This document shows positions 1 to 9,806 of a DNA stretch of 29,482 bases, one piece after another. Every line of letters starts with the position of its first letter. Position 1 is the stretch's first letter. The notes below the pieces were generated by a model. It searched no databases, was not told the origin of the DNA, and worked only from the letters and a program-made list of their open reading frames with translations. This stretch comes from a virus (taxonomy: Duplodnaviria > Caudoviricetes): positions 1 to 29,482 of the IMG/VR virus record IMGVR_UViG_3300040985_000384, one strand, 5' to 3'. Made by a program: the position numbers and the translations under genes.

Positions 1-2
1 AG

Positions 3-97
3 AGCTTGGACGAGTTGGATATGGACAAATTGGACGTAGACAAATACCCGCTGTTGTATGGTCAATGCTCTAATGCGGAACTGGATGCCAGCGTTAC
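3..97. repeat. Terminal direct repeat, left copy (circular assembly overlap)
   Basis: 95 bp identical to 29387-29481; falls inside a gene that reads through the join. Confidence 0.95.
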
Positions 98-386
98 AGT
101 ATTCACCTACGAAATCATTGTGGCTGACTTGGCTATTGAAAAGCAAGAAGAGTTGCTCACGCAGATTTACTCTGAAACCTTTCTCATCCTCCAAGACGTA
201 GCGGCCAAATTTCGTTTCGCAGTATATGGTGGCAACACCACAGTGGACGGAAACTGGAACTTTGAACTCCCCCTATCCTGTGACCCATTCACTGCTCGCT
301 TCGACAATTTGCTTACGGGGTGGTCAACCTCTTTTGACATCAGGTTGCCCAACGTCATAGACCTGTGCGATGCGCCTTACTCGTAA
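6..386 (+). CDS. 3' part of putative tail completion/terminator protein (gene starts at ATG 29306 and wraps the origin)
   Basis: Frame continuous with MQTVVDINN...FSLDELDMDK from 29306; size and position between chaperone and neck/tail genes. Confidence 0.6.
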   Translation: MDELDMDKLDVDKYPLLYGQCSNAELDASVTVFTYEIIVADLAIEKQEELLTQIYSETFLILQDVAAKFRFAVYGGNTTVDGNWNFELPLSCDPFTARFDNLLTGWSTSFDIRLPNVIDLCDAPYS

Positions 387-987
387 GCTTGTTCTACACC
401 TCAATATCGAAGGAACTCTTGAGCCTTTGTTCTTTACGCACCTGCAAAAAGCATTAAACAAATTAGGCAAGCGAGTAGTTTCAGGTGCGCGAAAGGTTCT
501 TGCGAGTCAAAATAAAGTAGTCTCAGGCAACCTGAGCAGGTCACTATATTACACCATCGAAGGCACGAAGGATACCATAGAGGTAACCTTTGCTGGTGGT
601 GTCCCATACTGGGACTTTGTGGAGCAAGGGGTGAAGGGGAAAATCTCAGACAAGAAAGCACCGCATAGCCCATTTCAGTTTGGGTCGGGGAAACCACAGG
701 CCAGCAGTGGAACGCTGCGCGGGGGGATAGATAGGTGGGTCATCCAAAAACCAGTAGGCCAAATCCGCGACAAGGCAGGAAGATTCGTCACACGTAAGTC
801 AATGGTCAGTGCTATAAGTTGGAGCGTATATAACTATGGCATCGCCCCATCTAACTATTACAGCATCGCCCTAGACCGTGGATTTAAGAAAGCGAAGAAG
901 ATGATAGCTCAAGCGGTCGGCGAAGATGTCTTCGTGTTTTTGCGAGAAAAGTCACAAGCTATATATAGTATTACAATCATCATCTAA
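370..987 (+). CDS. Putative neck/virion morphogenesis protein (HK97 gp10-like)
   Basis: Basic 205 aa protein with SGNLSRSL and YWDFVEQG motifs typical of gp10-like proteins; TAATG coupling to next gene. Confidence 0.55.
   Translation: MRLTRKLVLHLNIEGTLEPLFFTHLQKALNKLGKRVVSGARKVLASQNKVVSGNLSRSLYYTIEGTKDTIEVTFAGGVPYWDFVEQGVKGKISDKKAPHSPFQFGSGKPQASSGTLRGGIDRWVIQKPVGQIRDKAGRFVTRKSMVSAISWSVYNYGIAPSNYYSIALDRGFKKAKKMIAQAVGEDVFVFLREKSQAIYSITIII
960..970 (+). promoter_or_regulatory. Putative late promoter motif TATATATAGTA
   Basis: Same TATATA motif as at 7454, 8820, 11830 and 14100; 16 nt upstream of ATG 987. Confidence 0.4.
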
Positions 988-2384
988 TGGCATTCACAGT
1001 TACTCAAGACACCACAGGCGTACAGGGTGTAGCCGACGACCTCATTTACGTTGTCAAAGACGACCCCTTGACAGGAACTATCAACTTTAGGTATATCTGC
1101 TCCGTTCGTCTCGACGGCGCGGAAGTGGTACAGCTAAAGCAACTACCCAACAATAGTAACTGTGCAGTTTTCAATACGCGCAGCATCGCGGCAAACTATG
1201 TGCGGCAAGACGATATGCCCTACTCTCTTGGGGCAACGGGCATAGACGGCTCACTAGATACGGCGAAGATTTTCTCTACTAACACCGAGGCATTGAAGAC
1301 TTTCACCTTTCGCTTCGGGTACGAGTTTTCTGCAACCGCCGCAGATGCCCCTGCTGAAACGCTCAAGCCCTCCACCGATATAGAAGTAACGTGCTTAAAC
1401 GCAACCTTCGTTTCTCCTACCGCTTCCCTTCCCTCCAGCACAGCTGCAACTGACTATAAATTAACATCCTCTTCTCGGTTATTTCTGTCCGACATTACGG
1501 CAGAAAGAAAGGGAGGAGCGTACCCAACCTCTATTTTATACACCGCTGGCGGGGACACGCAACGTGCAGCACTAGCATTTCTAAATGGGGATGACGTAGG
1601 CTCTACAGGTTCGGACTACCTCCACGTTTCTTATTACAACGGAGCGTCAGCCTTGAATACGGGGTACTTTACAAACGATACGGCGCAGGGAGGCAAAGCT
1701 CCAGCAGCGGGTTTAACTGATGCCCAAAGTTTACTCTATGTAGGCGTTGGCACTTACAACTTGGAAGAGCAGGGGATAGATGTTGACATGAGGCCGTCAG
1801 CCGCTGGGAATGCCGATTGGACACACTACGATATTCGCATGGCAAGCTCCACCACTTTGTCGGGGAATGAAACCTCGGCATTGTACAGATTCGAGCGCGT
1901 AACCTGCGGGAAGTACGTACTGGACAATCAGCAGTATTCTCTTCACTGGTGGAACTCCAAAGGAGGCGTGGATAATCTACCTGTACTTGGAAAGGTGAAC
2001 GAGTCGCAGCAAATTGCCAAACAGAGCTACCGAACATCAGGTGGCAATAGTCTTGACGCTGATGGCTCATCTACGGTATTCGTTAAGCAGCCGTGGCAAG
2101 GCGGCAAGAGAAGCACCAAAGTTCAAACGACAACTACCTATGAGCTGTCTACCATTGGGGGAAGCCCCGACCAGTTGACACCTTTAATTCGCTCACTACT
2201 CAATTCCGAGAGGGTTTTCCTTTCAGGAACTGGAGTGTGGGGAGGAAACCTCAACGACGATGAGTCCGGTATTGTGCAGGCGTATGTTACGGACACGCAG
2301 GTTACGTACCTGTCTTCCGTTAATGACAAAGCGATTAGCTACAAAGTGAAAGTAGAAATTAGCCGTAGAAGAGCGAACCCATAA
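987..2384 (+). CDS. Tail/baseplate structural protein
   Basis: 465 aa, T/S/G-rich, WWNSKGGVD motif, directly upstream of the large tail protein. Confidence 0.6.
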   Translation: MAFTVTQDTTGVQGVADDLIYVVKDDPLTGTINFRYICSVRLDGAEVVQLKQLPNNSNCAVFNTRSIAANYVRQDDMPYSLGATGIDGSLDTAKIFSTNTEALKTFTFRFGYEFSATAADAPAETLKPSTDIEVTCLNATFVSPTASLPSSTAATDYKLTSSSRLFLSDITAERKGGAYPTSILYTAGGDTQRAALAFLNGDDVGSTGSDYLHVSYYNGASALNTGYFTNDTAQGGKAPAAGLTDAQSLLYVGVGTYNLEEQGIDVDMRPSAAGNADWTHYDIRMASSTTLSGNETSALYRFERVTCGKYVLDNQQYSLHWWNSKGGVDNLPVLGKVNESQQIAKQSYRTSGGNSLDADGSSTVFVKQPWQGGKRSTKVQTTTTYELSTIGGSPDQLTPLIRSLLNSERVFLSGTGVWGGNLNDDESGIVQAYVTDTQVTYLSSVNDKAISYKVKVEISRRRANP

Positions 2385-5300
2385 TGGTACAAATAGTAGC
2401 ATACGAACAAACGGGAACTACGCAATACGAGCTAGACGTTCCGGGTACACCTATCGAGCTGAACTACCAGTTCATAGACCTCAACGACCCTATGTCTCGG
2501 AGGAGTCCTTACTCGTTTAGGTTTACTCTCCCCCTGTCGAAAGAAAACAATAAGTTCTTCTCGTTCTATTACGACGCGAATATTTCTTCGGGGACTTTCG
2601 ATGCGATGAAGAAGACCGAATGCCGATTGCTAAATGACGGGGCTCTGCTTATGCAAGGGTCGTTGCAGATGTACTCGGTCAATGAGAGTGGATACGAGGT
2701 AAGCATCCTTGAGCAAATTTCCCAAGTCTTTGATGCGGTAAAAGGCTTGACATGGGAAGAGCTATTTACTACGGACGCAGGCACGTTGGACACCGACTTA
2801 GACCACGCGCTTACATGGGACAACGTAAAGGACTCGTGGGTTACGACAAACGACATAACTACGGGAGCTGTCGGAGATGGAACGATTGTCTATCCCCTTT
2901 CCGATAGCGCACAGGGCTTAGGGGTGAACACTCAGAGCATTGGCGCAGACGTAGGCTTTTGGTTCAATTCTACGGGCGGAATGCAGGACTCTAACCTGTC
3001 AGTTTTGAATCTCAAGCCCGCTATTCGTGTGGCGTACCTGATAGATTACATTTTCCAAAAGTCCGGGTTTACGGTGTCCAGCACCTTCCTTAATAGCGCA
3101 GACATTCAAAAGGTTTATATGTTCCTAGCTACTGAAGTGGTGAGGACACAAGGAAGGCCAACCTATGGCTGCAAGGCGGGCATGGATGCGGAAATGGTTT
3201 TGGACTCCTCGCAGCCCAGCACTTGGCATAACATCCTATTTCCCGATGAAAGCACCTCACCATTTTATGACCCTGATGGGCTGATGAGTGGAGGAATATT
3301 TGTTGCTCCCTACGATGGTGTTTTCGAGTTCAAAACCAATATCGTTGTTACCTCTGCAACGGTGGCAGTCACGGGATATAACATTCAGATTCGCCTGACA
3401 GTAGACGGGGATTCCAATGAAAGCGACATCTCACAAACGGGGGTCGTCGATGGTGTCACAACGATAGTTAGCGACCAGCGTTCTTTGCAGCTAACAAGTG
3501 GGCAGACGGTTTCCGTTTGGGTAGCGTCATCGAATGACAACTATAACGTAACGGTAAATCTTACGGGGGCAGACTCGGCAACGTACTTTGAGTTGGTGCA
3601 GTATAGCACCACCAGTCAGTTTGTGGATGTGTCACAAAACTTTCCCGACGTATCCGTAGGGGGATGGCTCAAGGCCATAGTTCAGAGGTTCAACTTGGTA
3701 ATAATTAGCGACCCCGCACAACCTACCGTTATTCAAATCGAACCGTGGGAAGATTGGTGGGATGATGGAACAGACAACAAAGACTGGACAGAAATTGTAG
3801 ACCAAGACTCCGTAAAGATTGAGCCTACGCTTGCTATGCAAAAGAAGTCCTACGAGTTTACAGACGCGGAGGGCGAAAACTTTCAGAATCTGTGGTGGCA
3901 GCATCACTTTGGCTGGATAAAAGGGAAGTATTCTTTTCTTAACGAGAATGACTTTGTAACAGACGAGGCGACAACGGAGCAGGTTTTCCAGCCATATCGG
4001 AATAGGAAACTTCATACGAACATCCAAAATACAGGGGAGTCTATTGTACCCAATGTTCTTCTCCCTACGTTTTGGGATTGGCTAGAATCCGGCGCACAGT
4101 TTAGCCTAAACATGAAGGAGTTTGTCGCGTGTAAGCCTGTGATAGCATATTACAACGGCCTACAAGACATCGGCAACGGATACACCTTTCAGTTCGGAGG
4201 TACAGACTACACCACCTACCCCTACTTCGCCGAGTTCAATACGGTAGGAGTGACAACAACAACCAAGAGTTTGGCATGGGGATATGATTATCCCGACAAC
4301 TTCTACTCCCCATTTATTAGCGGAGGGACTACGGGAGGAACGACTTTGAAATACGCCTTTCACCAGTATTGGTCAAAGATGTTCAATGAGATTTACAGCG
4401 AGGACTCCCGCGTGATGACCTGTAAAGCGAACCTGAGCTACACGGATTTATACAACCTCAAGTTCAACGACAACATTTATTTGGATGGGTGCTTTTGGCG
4501 CGTCTTGAGCGTTGACAATTTTGCGGTAGGCGGCAACACCTTAGCCAATGTCAAGCTCATTAAAGTTATAGACAAGCCACCCGGAAGAAAGTCGGGGTCA
4601 TGTTCTGCCCGTCCTTCGAGCTTTAACACTGACGGAACGGTGAATTTTGTAGACACCGTAACGGGTGCTGCGGTCAGTCCCACTGAGCCGTGTTGCACGT
4701 TGGGTGGGTACGTGTGGGACGAAAGCTCCAGCCAATGCTTTAGCCGCAACGGAGGCGGCGGTGGCGGCGGTGGAGGCACAGGCGGTGGTGGTGGAAATGG
4801 TGGGGGTGGTGTAGGACACGACAAGCCAGTTCTCACTGTGGCTCAAACGCCAAACTCCTACACAGATTTTGCGCGGGACGACGTTAAGTCATTTTTTCAG
4901 GCTGGCGTAATAGGCACAAATATTTCCACGAGGTTGTTTGCAAAAAGCACCAGCACCACACCGCATAATGCAACAACCGATACTGGACTGGGGGCTTGGC
5001 AAATTCCGATAGATAGCGTGGTATATGTTCGCCTGCAAGCACTCGTAGTTGAGGTCGGAGGGTCAGCGGGAACAGTTGGAAATACCGTCTCCCAATCTGT
5101 GCAGGCAACGGTGGCGAATACCCGTACCACGCCAGCAGCCAAGTCTACGGCTAGAGATGTTGGGTCAACCACGGTGATAGCAGAAAATAAAGACACGGCT
5201 TCGGCGGCAACGATAGCCATTTCTTCGACGCAAGCGTCAGCGGGTGCAGCGGCTACATTCAGCGTTTCGTGTACAGGGCAAACGAATGTGAACGCCGTAT

Positions 5301-5452
5301 GGTTTATAGATATGGAGCTGACCACCTTGCAAATCAGCGGAAGCACAAAAACACTTGCCCGACAGATTATATATAACCTTGACCCCAACATCGTAGAGTA
5401 CGCTGACTTGACACCTGATACTGCTATGTACTACAACTTGCCGCTATTATGA
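2384..5452 (+). CDS. Large tail tip/hub protein
   Basis: 1022 aa; N-terminal SPYSFRFTLP..NNKFF tail-hub-like motif, beta-rich insert, Cys cluster, poly-Gly linker and C-terminal beta domain. Confidence 0.65.
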   Translation: MVQIVAYEQTGTTQYELDVPGTPIELNYQFIDLNDPMSRRSPYSFRFTLPLSKENNKFFSFYYDANISSGTFDAMKKTECRLLNDGALLMQGSLQMYSVNESGYEVSILEQISQVFDAVKGLTWEELFTTDAGTLDTDLDHALTWDNVKDSWVTTNDITTGAVGDGTIVYPLSDSAQGLGVNTQSIGADVGFWFNSTGGMQDSNLSVLNLKPAIRVAYLIDYIFQKSGFTVSSTFLNSADIQKVYMFLATEVVRTQGRPTYGCKAGMDAEMVLDSSQPSTWHNILFPDESTSPFYDPDGLMSGGIFVAPYDGVFEFKTNIVVTSATVAVTGYNIQIRLTVDGDSNESDISQTGVVDGVTTIVSDQRSLQLTSGQTVSVWVASSNDNYNVTVNLTGADSATYFELVQYSTTSQFVDVSQNFPDVSVGGWLKAIVQRFNLVIISDPAQPTVIQIEPWEDWWDDGTDNKDWTEIVDQDSVKIEPTLAMQKKSYEFTDAEGENFQNLWWQHHFGWIKGKYSFLNENDFVTDEATTEQVFQPYRNRKLHTNIQNTGESIVPNVLLPTFWDWLESGAQFSLNMKEFVACKPVIAYYNGLQDIGNGYTFQFGGTDYTTYPYFAEFNTVGVTTTTKSLAWGYDYPDNFYSPFISGGTTGGTTLKYAFHQYWSKMFNEIYSEDSRVMTCKANLSYTDLYNLKFNDNIYLDGCFWRVLSVDNFAVGGNTLANVKLIKVIDKPPGRKSGSCSARPSSFNTDGTVNFVDTVTGAAVSPTEPCCTLGGYVWDESSSQCFSRNGGGGGGGGGTGGGGGNGGGGVGHDKPVLTVAQTPNSYTDFARDDVKSFFQAGVIGTNISTRLFAKSTSTTPHNATTDTGLGAWQIPIDSVVYVRLQALVVEVGGSAGTVGNTVSQSVQATVANTRTTPAAKSTARDVGSTTVIAENKDTASAATIAISSTQASAGAAATFSVSCTGQTNVNAVWFIDMELTTLQISGSTKTLARQIIYNLDPNIVEYADLTPDTAMYYNLPLL

Positions 5453-5616
5453 AATATTGGATTAACGCCGTGGGATATAGCATACCGCAACTGGTGAGGA
5501 CGTTGAGGTCGAATAGGTTTAAGGGTAACCGCCTGTATTCACAATGGTATGGTAGGTACGCACTCAACAAGGGATTGTTTAAGGCAATTAAACTAGTATG
5601 GCAAAATGGCAAGTGA
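5449..5616 (+). CDS. Small basic hypothetical protein (55 aa, not in ORF track)
   Basis: ATGA overlap with upstream stop; MKYWINAVGYSIPQLV...VWQNGK fills the gap before the 5606 gene. Confidence 0.6.
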   Translation: MKYWINAVGYSIPQLVRTLRSNRFKGNRLYSQWYGRYALNKGLFKAIKLVWQNGK

Positions 5617-7447
5617 AAGCAAGATAAAGATAATAATGGAGGCCGACGACAAGGCCACCGAACCCATCAACAGAGCTACCGAGGCCGTGCAGGAACTGGG
5701 CAAGGAAACTGAAAAATTAACTAGGGAGTCAAAAAAGAACTGGAGTGGGTTGGCTGACCTATTTGGAACGGTTCTTCCGCGCGACCTGAAAAGGCTAACG
5801 CGAGGATTTAAGGGAACTCAGCGTCAGGTGGGCAGGCTTGCCAAAGGGTTTAAGGTATTAAGAACGGCGTGGGCTTCTATTGGAATTGGTCTGATTATAG
5901 TTGCACTAGAGCAAATCGTTTCTAACTGGGATAAAATCTCTGAGTCACTAGGCTTATACAATAAGGAAGCTGAGGAAACAGCAAAGATTAACACGGACAT
6001 CAAAGTGTCCACTGACGAACTGATACGGCAGACCCAAGCGTATAGGGCAGAGTTGCGCTATGCAACATACGGAAGTGAAGAGCATAAAATTGCCGTTGAA
6101 GGTCTGAACCGCATATTGGGTAATGGGATAGATATTGAGGCCGACAGACAGACGCAAAATAGGCAGTCCAATGCTTTACTGGAGGCAAATACAAAGCTCA
6201 TCAAGGCGAAGAAAAAGGCTGAAGCGTTAGAGCTGAAGGCCCATGTTGAAGGCGAAGAAATCCGTTCACGGAAGGCTAAAGACAGGTCTATGTGGGACCA
6301 GTTAAGTCAGGGTGTTGCTGAGTGGCGGAACGAAAATGAAAAGGAAATAACGGCCCTCACAAATGCTGCGGCTAAAGCCAAAGCTGCGGAGGTAGAAGCA
6401 GAGGCCGCGCTGAACGCTATCATAACCAAAACGAATAAAACTATTGACGAGAGAACGGAGGCAGAGCGCGAAGCAGAACTGGAACGTAAGAAGTCGATAG
6501 CCGATAAGAAGGCAGACGCTAAGTGGCTGGCAGGTCAGCGGGTGCAGATGGCTCAAGAGACAGAGCTGAGGCTAATTAAGGACGAGGAGCAGAGAGATTT
6601 GCGCCGCCTAGAGATGCAGCATGAAGCGGCAAAGACAGAGCTAAAGGCACGGGGAGGAACAAAAGAAGACTTGGAAGCCCTTGAGAAGAAGCATGGGTTG
6701 GACATGGCTGAGATAGTAAAGGACTACCAAGACAAAGCCGACGAAGCTCAAAACATTTTAGACGAAGAGGCCGCAGCGAATAGAGAGATGGTGCGAGCAG
6801 CCCTAGCCACCGAAGAAGAGAACGAGCTAAAAAGACTCAAAGACAAATATGTTGAAGAGCAGCTTGCAGCGGCAGGCAACTTTGAGGCACTCTTTAAGCT
6901 GGATGAGAAGTACAGAGACGACGAAAAGGCGGTACGGGATAAATATGACAAAGAAGAGCTAGAAGCAGAGCAGAAGTTGCAGGACGCAAAGCTCGCGGCA
7001 AAAAAGAAACTCGTCGGTTCGGTGTCGGGCTTACTCCGAGAACTGGGGGACGCAGCCGAGGAGGGTTCAGAGCAGCAGAAGCGTTTAGCGATTGCTGATG
7101 TATTGGTCAATCAAGCTATGGCTATGGCTAACGCCGTGGCAGCGGCAGCGAAAGCATCTAAGGAGGGAGGCCCAGCAGCCCCGTTCTTATTTGCTGCTTA
7201 TGTGGCAACCATGCTAGGAACAATAGCTTCGACTTTCACGAGCATCAAGAGTATTATGAGCGATGCCGATGCTCCAACCCCGTCCGGGGGAGGCATGGGA
7301 AGCAGGGGTGGATTTGCTCCTACAGCCCAAGTTCCTCTCCCCGCGCGGATAGACTCTCCTGATTCCCTTCAGGCGTATGTGGTGCAGTCACAGTTGCAGG
7401 GGCAAATGAATGCACAAGGTAAACTGCACGGACAGATAGTTTTGTAA
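5606..7447 (+). CDS. Tape-measure-like coiled-coil tail protein
   Basis: 613 aa A/E/K-rich helical protein with hydrophobic segments (GIGLIIVAL; APFLFAAYVATMLG) and C-terminal QAYVV. Confidence 0.65.
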   Translation: MASESKIKIIMEADDKATEPINRATEAVQELGKETEKLTRESKKNWSGLADLFGTVLPRDLKRLTRGFKGTQRQVGRLAKGFKVLRTAWASIGIGLIIVALEQIVSNWDKISESLGLYNKEAEETAKINTDIKVSTDELIRQTQAYRAELRYATYGSEEHKIAVEGLNRILGNGIDIEADRQTQNRQSNALLEANTKLIKAKKKAEALELKAHVEGEEIRSRKAKDRSMWDQLSQGVAEWRNENEKEITALTNAAAKAKAAEVEAEAALNAIITKTNKTIDERTEAEREAELERKKSIADKKADAKWLAGQRVQMAQETELRLIKDEEQRDLRRLEMQHEAAKTELKARGGTKEDLEALEKKHGLDMAEIVKDYQDKADEAQNILDEEAAANREMVRAALATEEENELKRLKDKYVEEQLAAAGNFEALFKLDEKYRDDEKAVRDKYDKEELEAEQKLQDAKLAAKKKLVGSVSGLLRELGDAAEEGSEQQKRLAIADVLVNQAMAMANAVAAAAKASKEGGPAAPFLFAAYVATMLGTIASTFTSIKSIMSDADAPTPSGGGMGSRGGFAPTAQVPLPARIDSPDSLQAYVVQSQLQGQMNAQGKLHGQIVL

Positions 7448-7453
7448 ACACCC

Positions 7454-7468
7454 TATATAGGATAATAG
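7454..7468 (+). promoter_or_regulatory. Putative late promoter (ACACCC-TATATAGGATAATAG)
   Basis: Occupies the intergenic gap before the protease; shared motif. Confidence 0.5.
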
Positions 7469-7477
7469 ACAGACAAG

Positions 7478-8566
7478 ATGGCTGAAAGAAAATTAGTTGA
7501 ACTCCTGATTGGAGATGAAGAAACTGGGCTACCAGTTGAGGCTATCTCGTTGGTCAAGTTCCCAGCGATAGAAGAGAACTTCCTTTTCTTCTCTAAAGGA
7601 AAAAACACCAAAGCCCTTTCCCTCGCCCAAGTGGAAGAGGATAAGCGCACCCTAATTGGTGCTGCCCTCATCCCCGACAAGCACATACCTCGCTACGATG
7701 AGATGACCGACGAGGAATACGATGTGTATTTTTCTAAGGACACCGTGAAGTTGGCGAGCGAGATATACATGAAGCACTCACGCACCAACGAGCATACCCT
7801 TGAGCATGAGTCGGTGGTGGAAGACGTTCACGTTGTCGAGTCGTGGCTCGTGGAGAATCCTGAGATGGATAAATCCAAGCACTACGGAATGGCAATGCCC
7901 GAAGGGACATGGATGGTGCGGGTGAGGGTAGACAACGACGAGATGTGGCAACAGGTGAAGGACGGCTCGATTCGTGGCTTCTCCATCGAGGGATACTTTA
8001 TAGACAAGGTAGAAGAGATGTCAACGAAAGTAAAACCAACCCACATGAAGAAGAGACTAAAGAAAATTTGGTTCAGCATCAAGCGGAAGTTCTATTCAGA
8101 AATCACTCTAGACACTGGCGTAGTAATTGCCACGGAGGATGATAGCTTCGGTTTGGGTACAACTGTAATAGCCATTGATGACGAGGGACTGCCTACCGAC
8201 CTCAAGAACGGAAAGTACACCACCGAGGCCGGAGTAATATTAGAGGCGTTTGATGGGGTTCTAATAGAGTGGGACGGGGAGAGAGAGGAAGCAGAAGAAA
8301 CCCAGCCTGAAGCGGAGAACGACGAGGAAGTAGAGATGGATAAGGTGGAGCTAGACCAAGAGAAAGTAAAGTTTTGGCGCACGTACCTCGATGTCAAAAT
8401 GCAAAAAGAATTTGGAATTAACACCAAAAAGGATGTATATTCACAGAAGTTAAACCTTGAGGCTTATCCGTGGGACGAGTGCATCGCCGACCAAATGGCA
8501 ACTTACGGGGATATGGAGACGGCAGAAAAGATTTGCGGTAGCATAAAAGCAAAATATGGAAGTTAA
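7478..8566 (+). CDS. Prohead maturation protease (XkdF-like) with C-terminal acidic extension
   Basis: AISLVxxPAIEENF, GAALIPD, EH, VESW, GTW and GFSIEG motifs of XkdF-type phage serine proteases. Confidence 0.85.
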   Translation: MAERKLVELLIGDEETGLPVEAISLVKFPAIEENFLFFSKGKNTKALSLAQVEEDKRTLIGAALIPDKHIPRYDEMTDEEYDVYFSKDTVKLASEIYMKHSRTNEHTLEHESVVEDVHVVESWLVENPEMDKSKHYGMAMPEGTWMVRVRVDNDEMWQQVKDGSIRGFSIEGYFIDKVEEMSTKVKPTHMKKRLKKIWFSIKRKFYSEITLDTGVVIATEDDSFGLGTTVIAIDDEGLPTDLKNGKYTTEAGVILEAFDGVLIEWDGEREEAEETQPEAENDEEVEMDKVELDQEKVKFWRTYLDVKMQKEFGINTKKDVYSQKLNLEAYPWDECIADQMATYGDMETAEKICGSIKAKYGS

Positions 8567-8567
8567 A

Positions 8568-8807
8568 ATGAGCAGCATTGACAGAGCGCACAGACTCCTC
8601 GACTTTTTTGAGGAGTGGGAAGTAGAAACGATTAACCAGCCTGAGATGGGTTGGTCGTCCTACGAAGTCATAATTTACGATGACGCAACAGGTGACGAGA
8701 AGCGGTTTGAAGTGTGGGCAGAAAGCGAAGATTTGCTGCGCCAAGACATAGTGTTTTATTTGCCTGACAGCATGGTAATTGATTACATCAGTCAAACTTG
8801 GGGATAA
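8568..8807 (+). CDS. Small acidic hypothetical protein (first gene of acidic island; alternative start 8556)
   Basis: 79 aa, D/E- and aromatic-rich, starts 1 nt after protease stop. Confidence 0.7.
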   Translation: MSSIDRAHRLLDFFEEWEVETINQPEMGWSSYEVIIYDDATGDEKRFEVWAESEDLLRQDIVFYLPDSMVIDYISQTWG

Positions 8808-8819
8808 GCACCCTTTAGA

Positions 8820-8832
8820 TTATATAGAATAG
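8820..8832 (+). promoter_or_regulatory. Putative late-type promoter TTATATAGAATAG upstream of ArdA-like gene
   Basis: TATATA motif preceded by GCACCCT, resembling the 7447-7468 and 11824-11843 elements. Confidence 0.45.
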
Positions 8833-8848
8833 AAGAAAAGCATTTATC

Positions 8849-9541
8849 ATGAAGCTAGAGAAGATTTATATTTTCATGGAACCCTACGATTTTAACTTTC
8901 GTGGGAAAGGATTTTATATCTATCCTTTTTCTTTTCGCTCTTGGGATGACTTCCAAGACGGCATGAAAGATTCATACGCCAACTACCCGATGGGGGTCGA
9001 GGAGTGGGAGTTTGTAGATTCAGATGGAATCAATGCTTATGGGGAAGACAGCGTAGGAATCACCGAGGACAACTGGGACATGATTAAAGAGTTTGGTGAG
9101 TTTGGTGAGGAAATCGGGCTAAACATTCTTGAAATCTTAGACGTAGCGTCACAGTTAGGTGGAGACAAGGACTACTTGGAAGAGGCGTATATGGGTATGC
9201 ACGACTCTATTAAGGATTATGCCTATGAGCTTTTGGACGACATAGGGATAAGTGAGGACATGGCAGAAACCTATTTCGATTGGGAACATTTCGGTCGGGA
9301 GTTGAAGTGGGACTTTAATGAGGATATGTTAGTAGAGGAGTACGGGTATTCAGTATCGGAGGCACAAGAGCTAATGGACTCAAGAGACTCAGATTTTGCT
9401 GAGTGGTATGTTGAGATGTTAGGGAGCGTAGCAGAGCTAGGGAAAGAAACCCTGAAGAGCTACTTTGACTACGATAAGTTCGCAAGAGATTTAAGCTATG
9501 AATACTCTCTCATCGAGGGAAGAGTATGGATGCAGCACTAA
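8849..9541 (+). CDS. ardA: ArdA-like antirestriction (DNA-mimic) protein
   Basis: Extremely acidic 230 aa; EEWEFVD, YxG..S..DYAYEL, YFDWEHFGREL and YFDYDKFARDL match ArdA family signatures. Confidence 0.7.
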   Translation: MKLEKIYIFMEPYDFNFRGKGFYIYPFSFRSWDDFQDGMKDSYANYPMGVEEWEFVDSDGINAYGEDSVGITEDNWDMIKEFGEFGEEIGLNILEILDVASQLGGDKDYLEEAYMGMHDSIKDYAYELLDDIGISEDMAETYFDWEHFGRELKWDFNEDMLVEEYGYSVSEAQELMDSRDSDFAEWYVEMLGSVAELGKETLKSYFDYDKFARDLSYEYSLIEGRVWMQH

Positions 9542-9552
9542 CCAACAGAGAT

Positions 9553-9795
9553 ATGTATTTTGGAATAAAAGTTTTTGACGCAGACGAAGACCAAGTCTAT
9601 CGTGATTTGATTGGTCTAAACAGAGATATGGGCAACCCTTACGCAAAAATTGAAGGGGATGCACATAGTATGACGAGTCTTGTAGCACAACAAGGCAATG
9701 ACGTTTTTATTGAAATGCTTGGGCGTAATGGTGGTGAGCATGAAATTATTGAGTGGCTCGAAGATTTAGGTTATAGCACATCTATCGAATACTAA
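9553..9795 (+). CDS. Cassette 1, small acidic protein (80 aa)
   Basis: Starts at the repeat ATG and ends at the next repeat TAA. Confidence 0.8.
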   Translation: MYFGIKVFDADEDQVYRDLIGLNRDMGNPYAKIEGDAHSMTSLVAQQGNDVFIEMLGRNGGEHEIIEWLEDLGYSTSIEY

Positions 9796-9806
9796 CCAAC
9801 AGAGAC

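Noticed and set aside
3-97. Biological terminal repeat of the virion DNA
   Set aside because: Lies mid-gene with mismatched outermost bases; best explained as an assembler overlap of a circularly permuted genome
4477-5391. Minus-strand ORFs including a poly-Pro ORF
   Set aside because: Shadows of the poly-Gly/Thr-rich tail gene; the same applies to the other minus-strand ORFs nested within long + genes
9089-9109. GAGTTTGGT tandem repeat in ardA
   Set aside because: Short in-frame duplication (EFGEFGE) with no evidence of function
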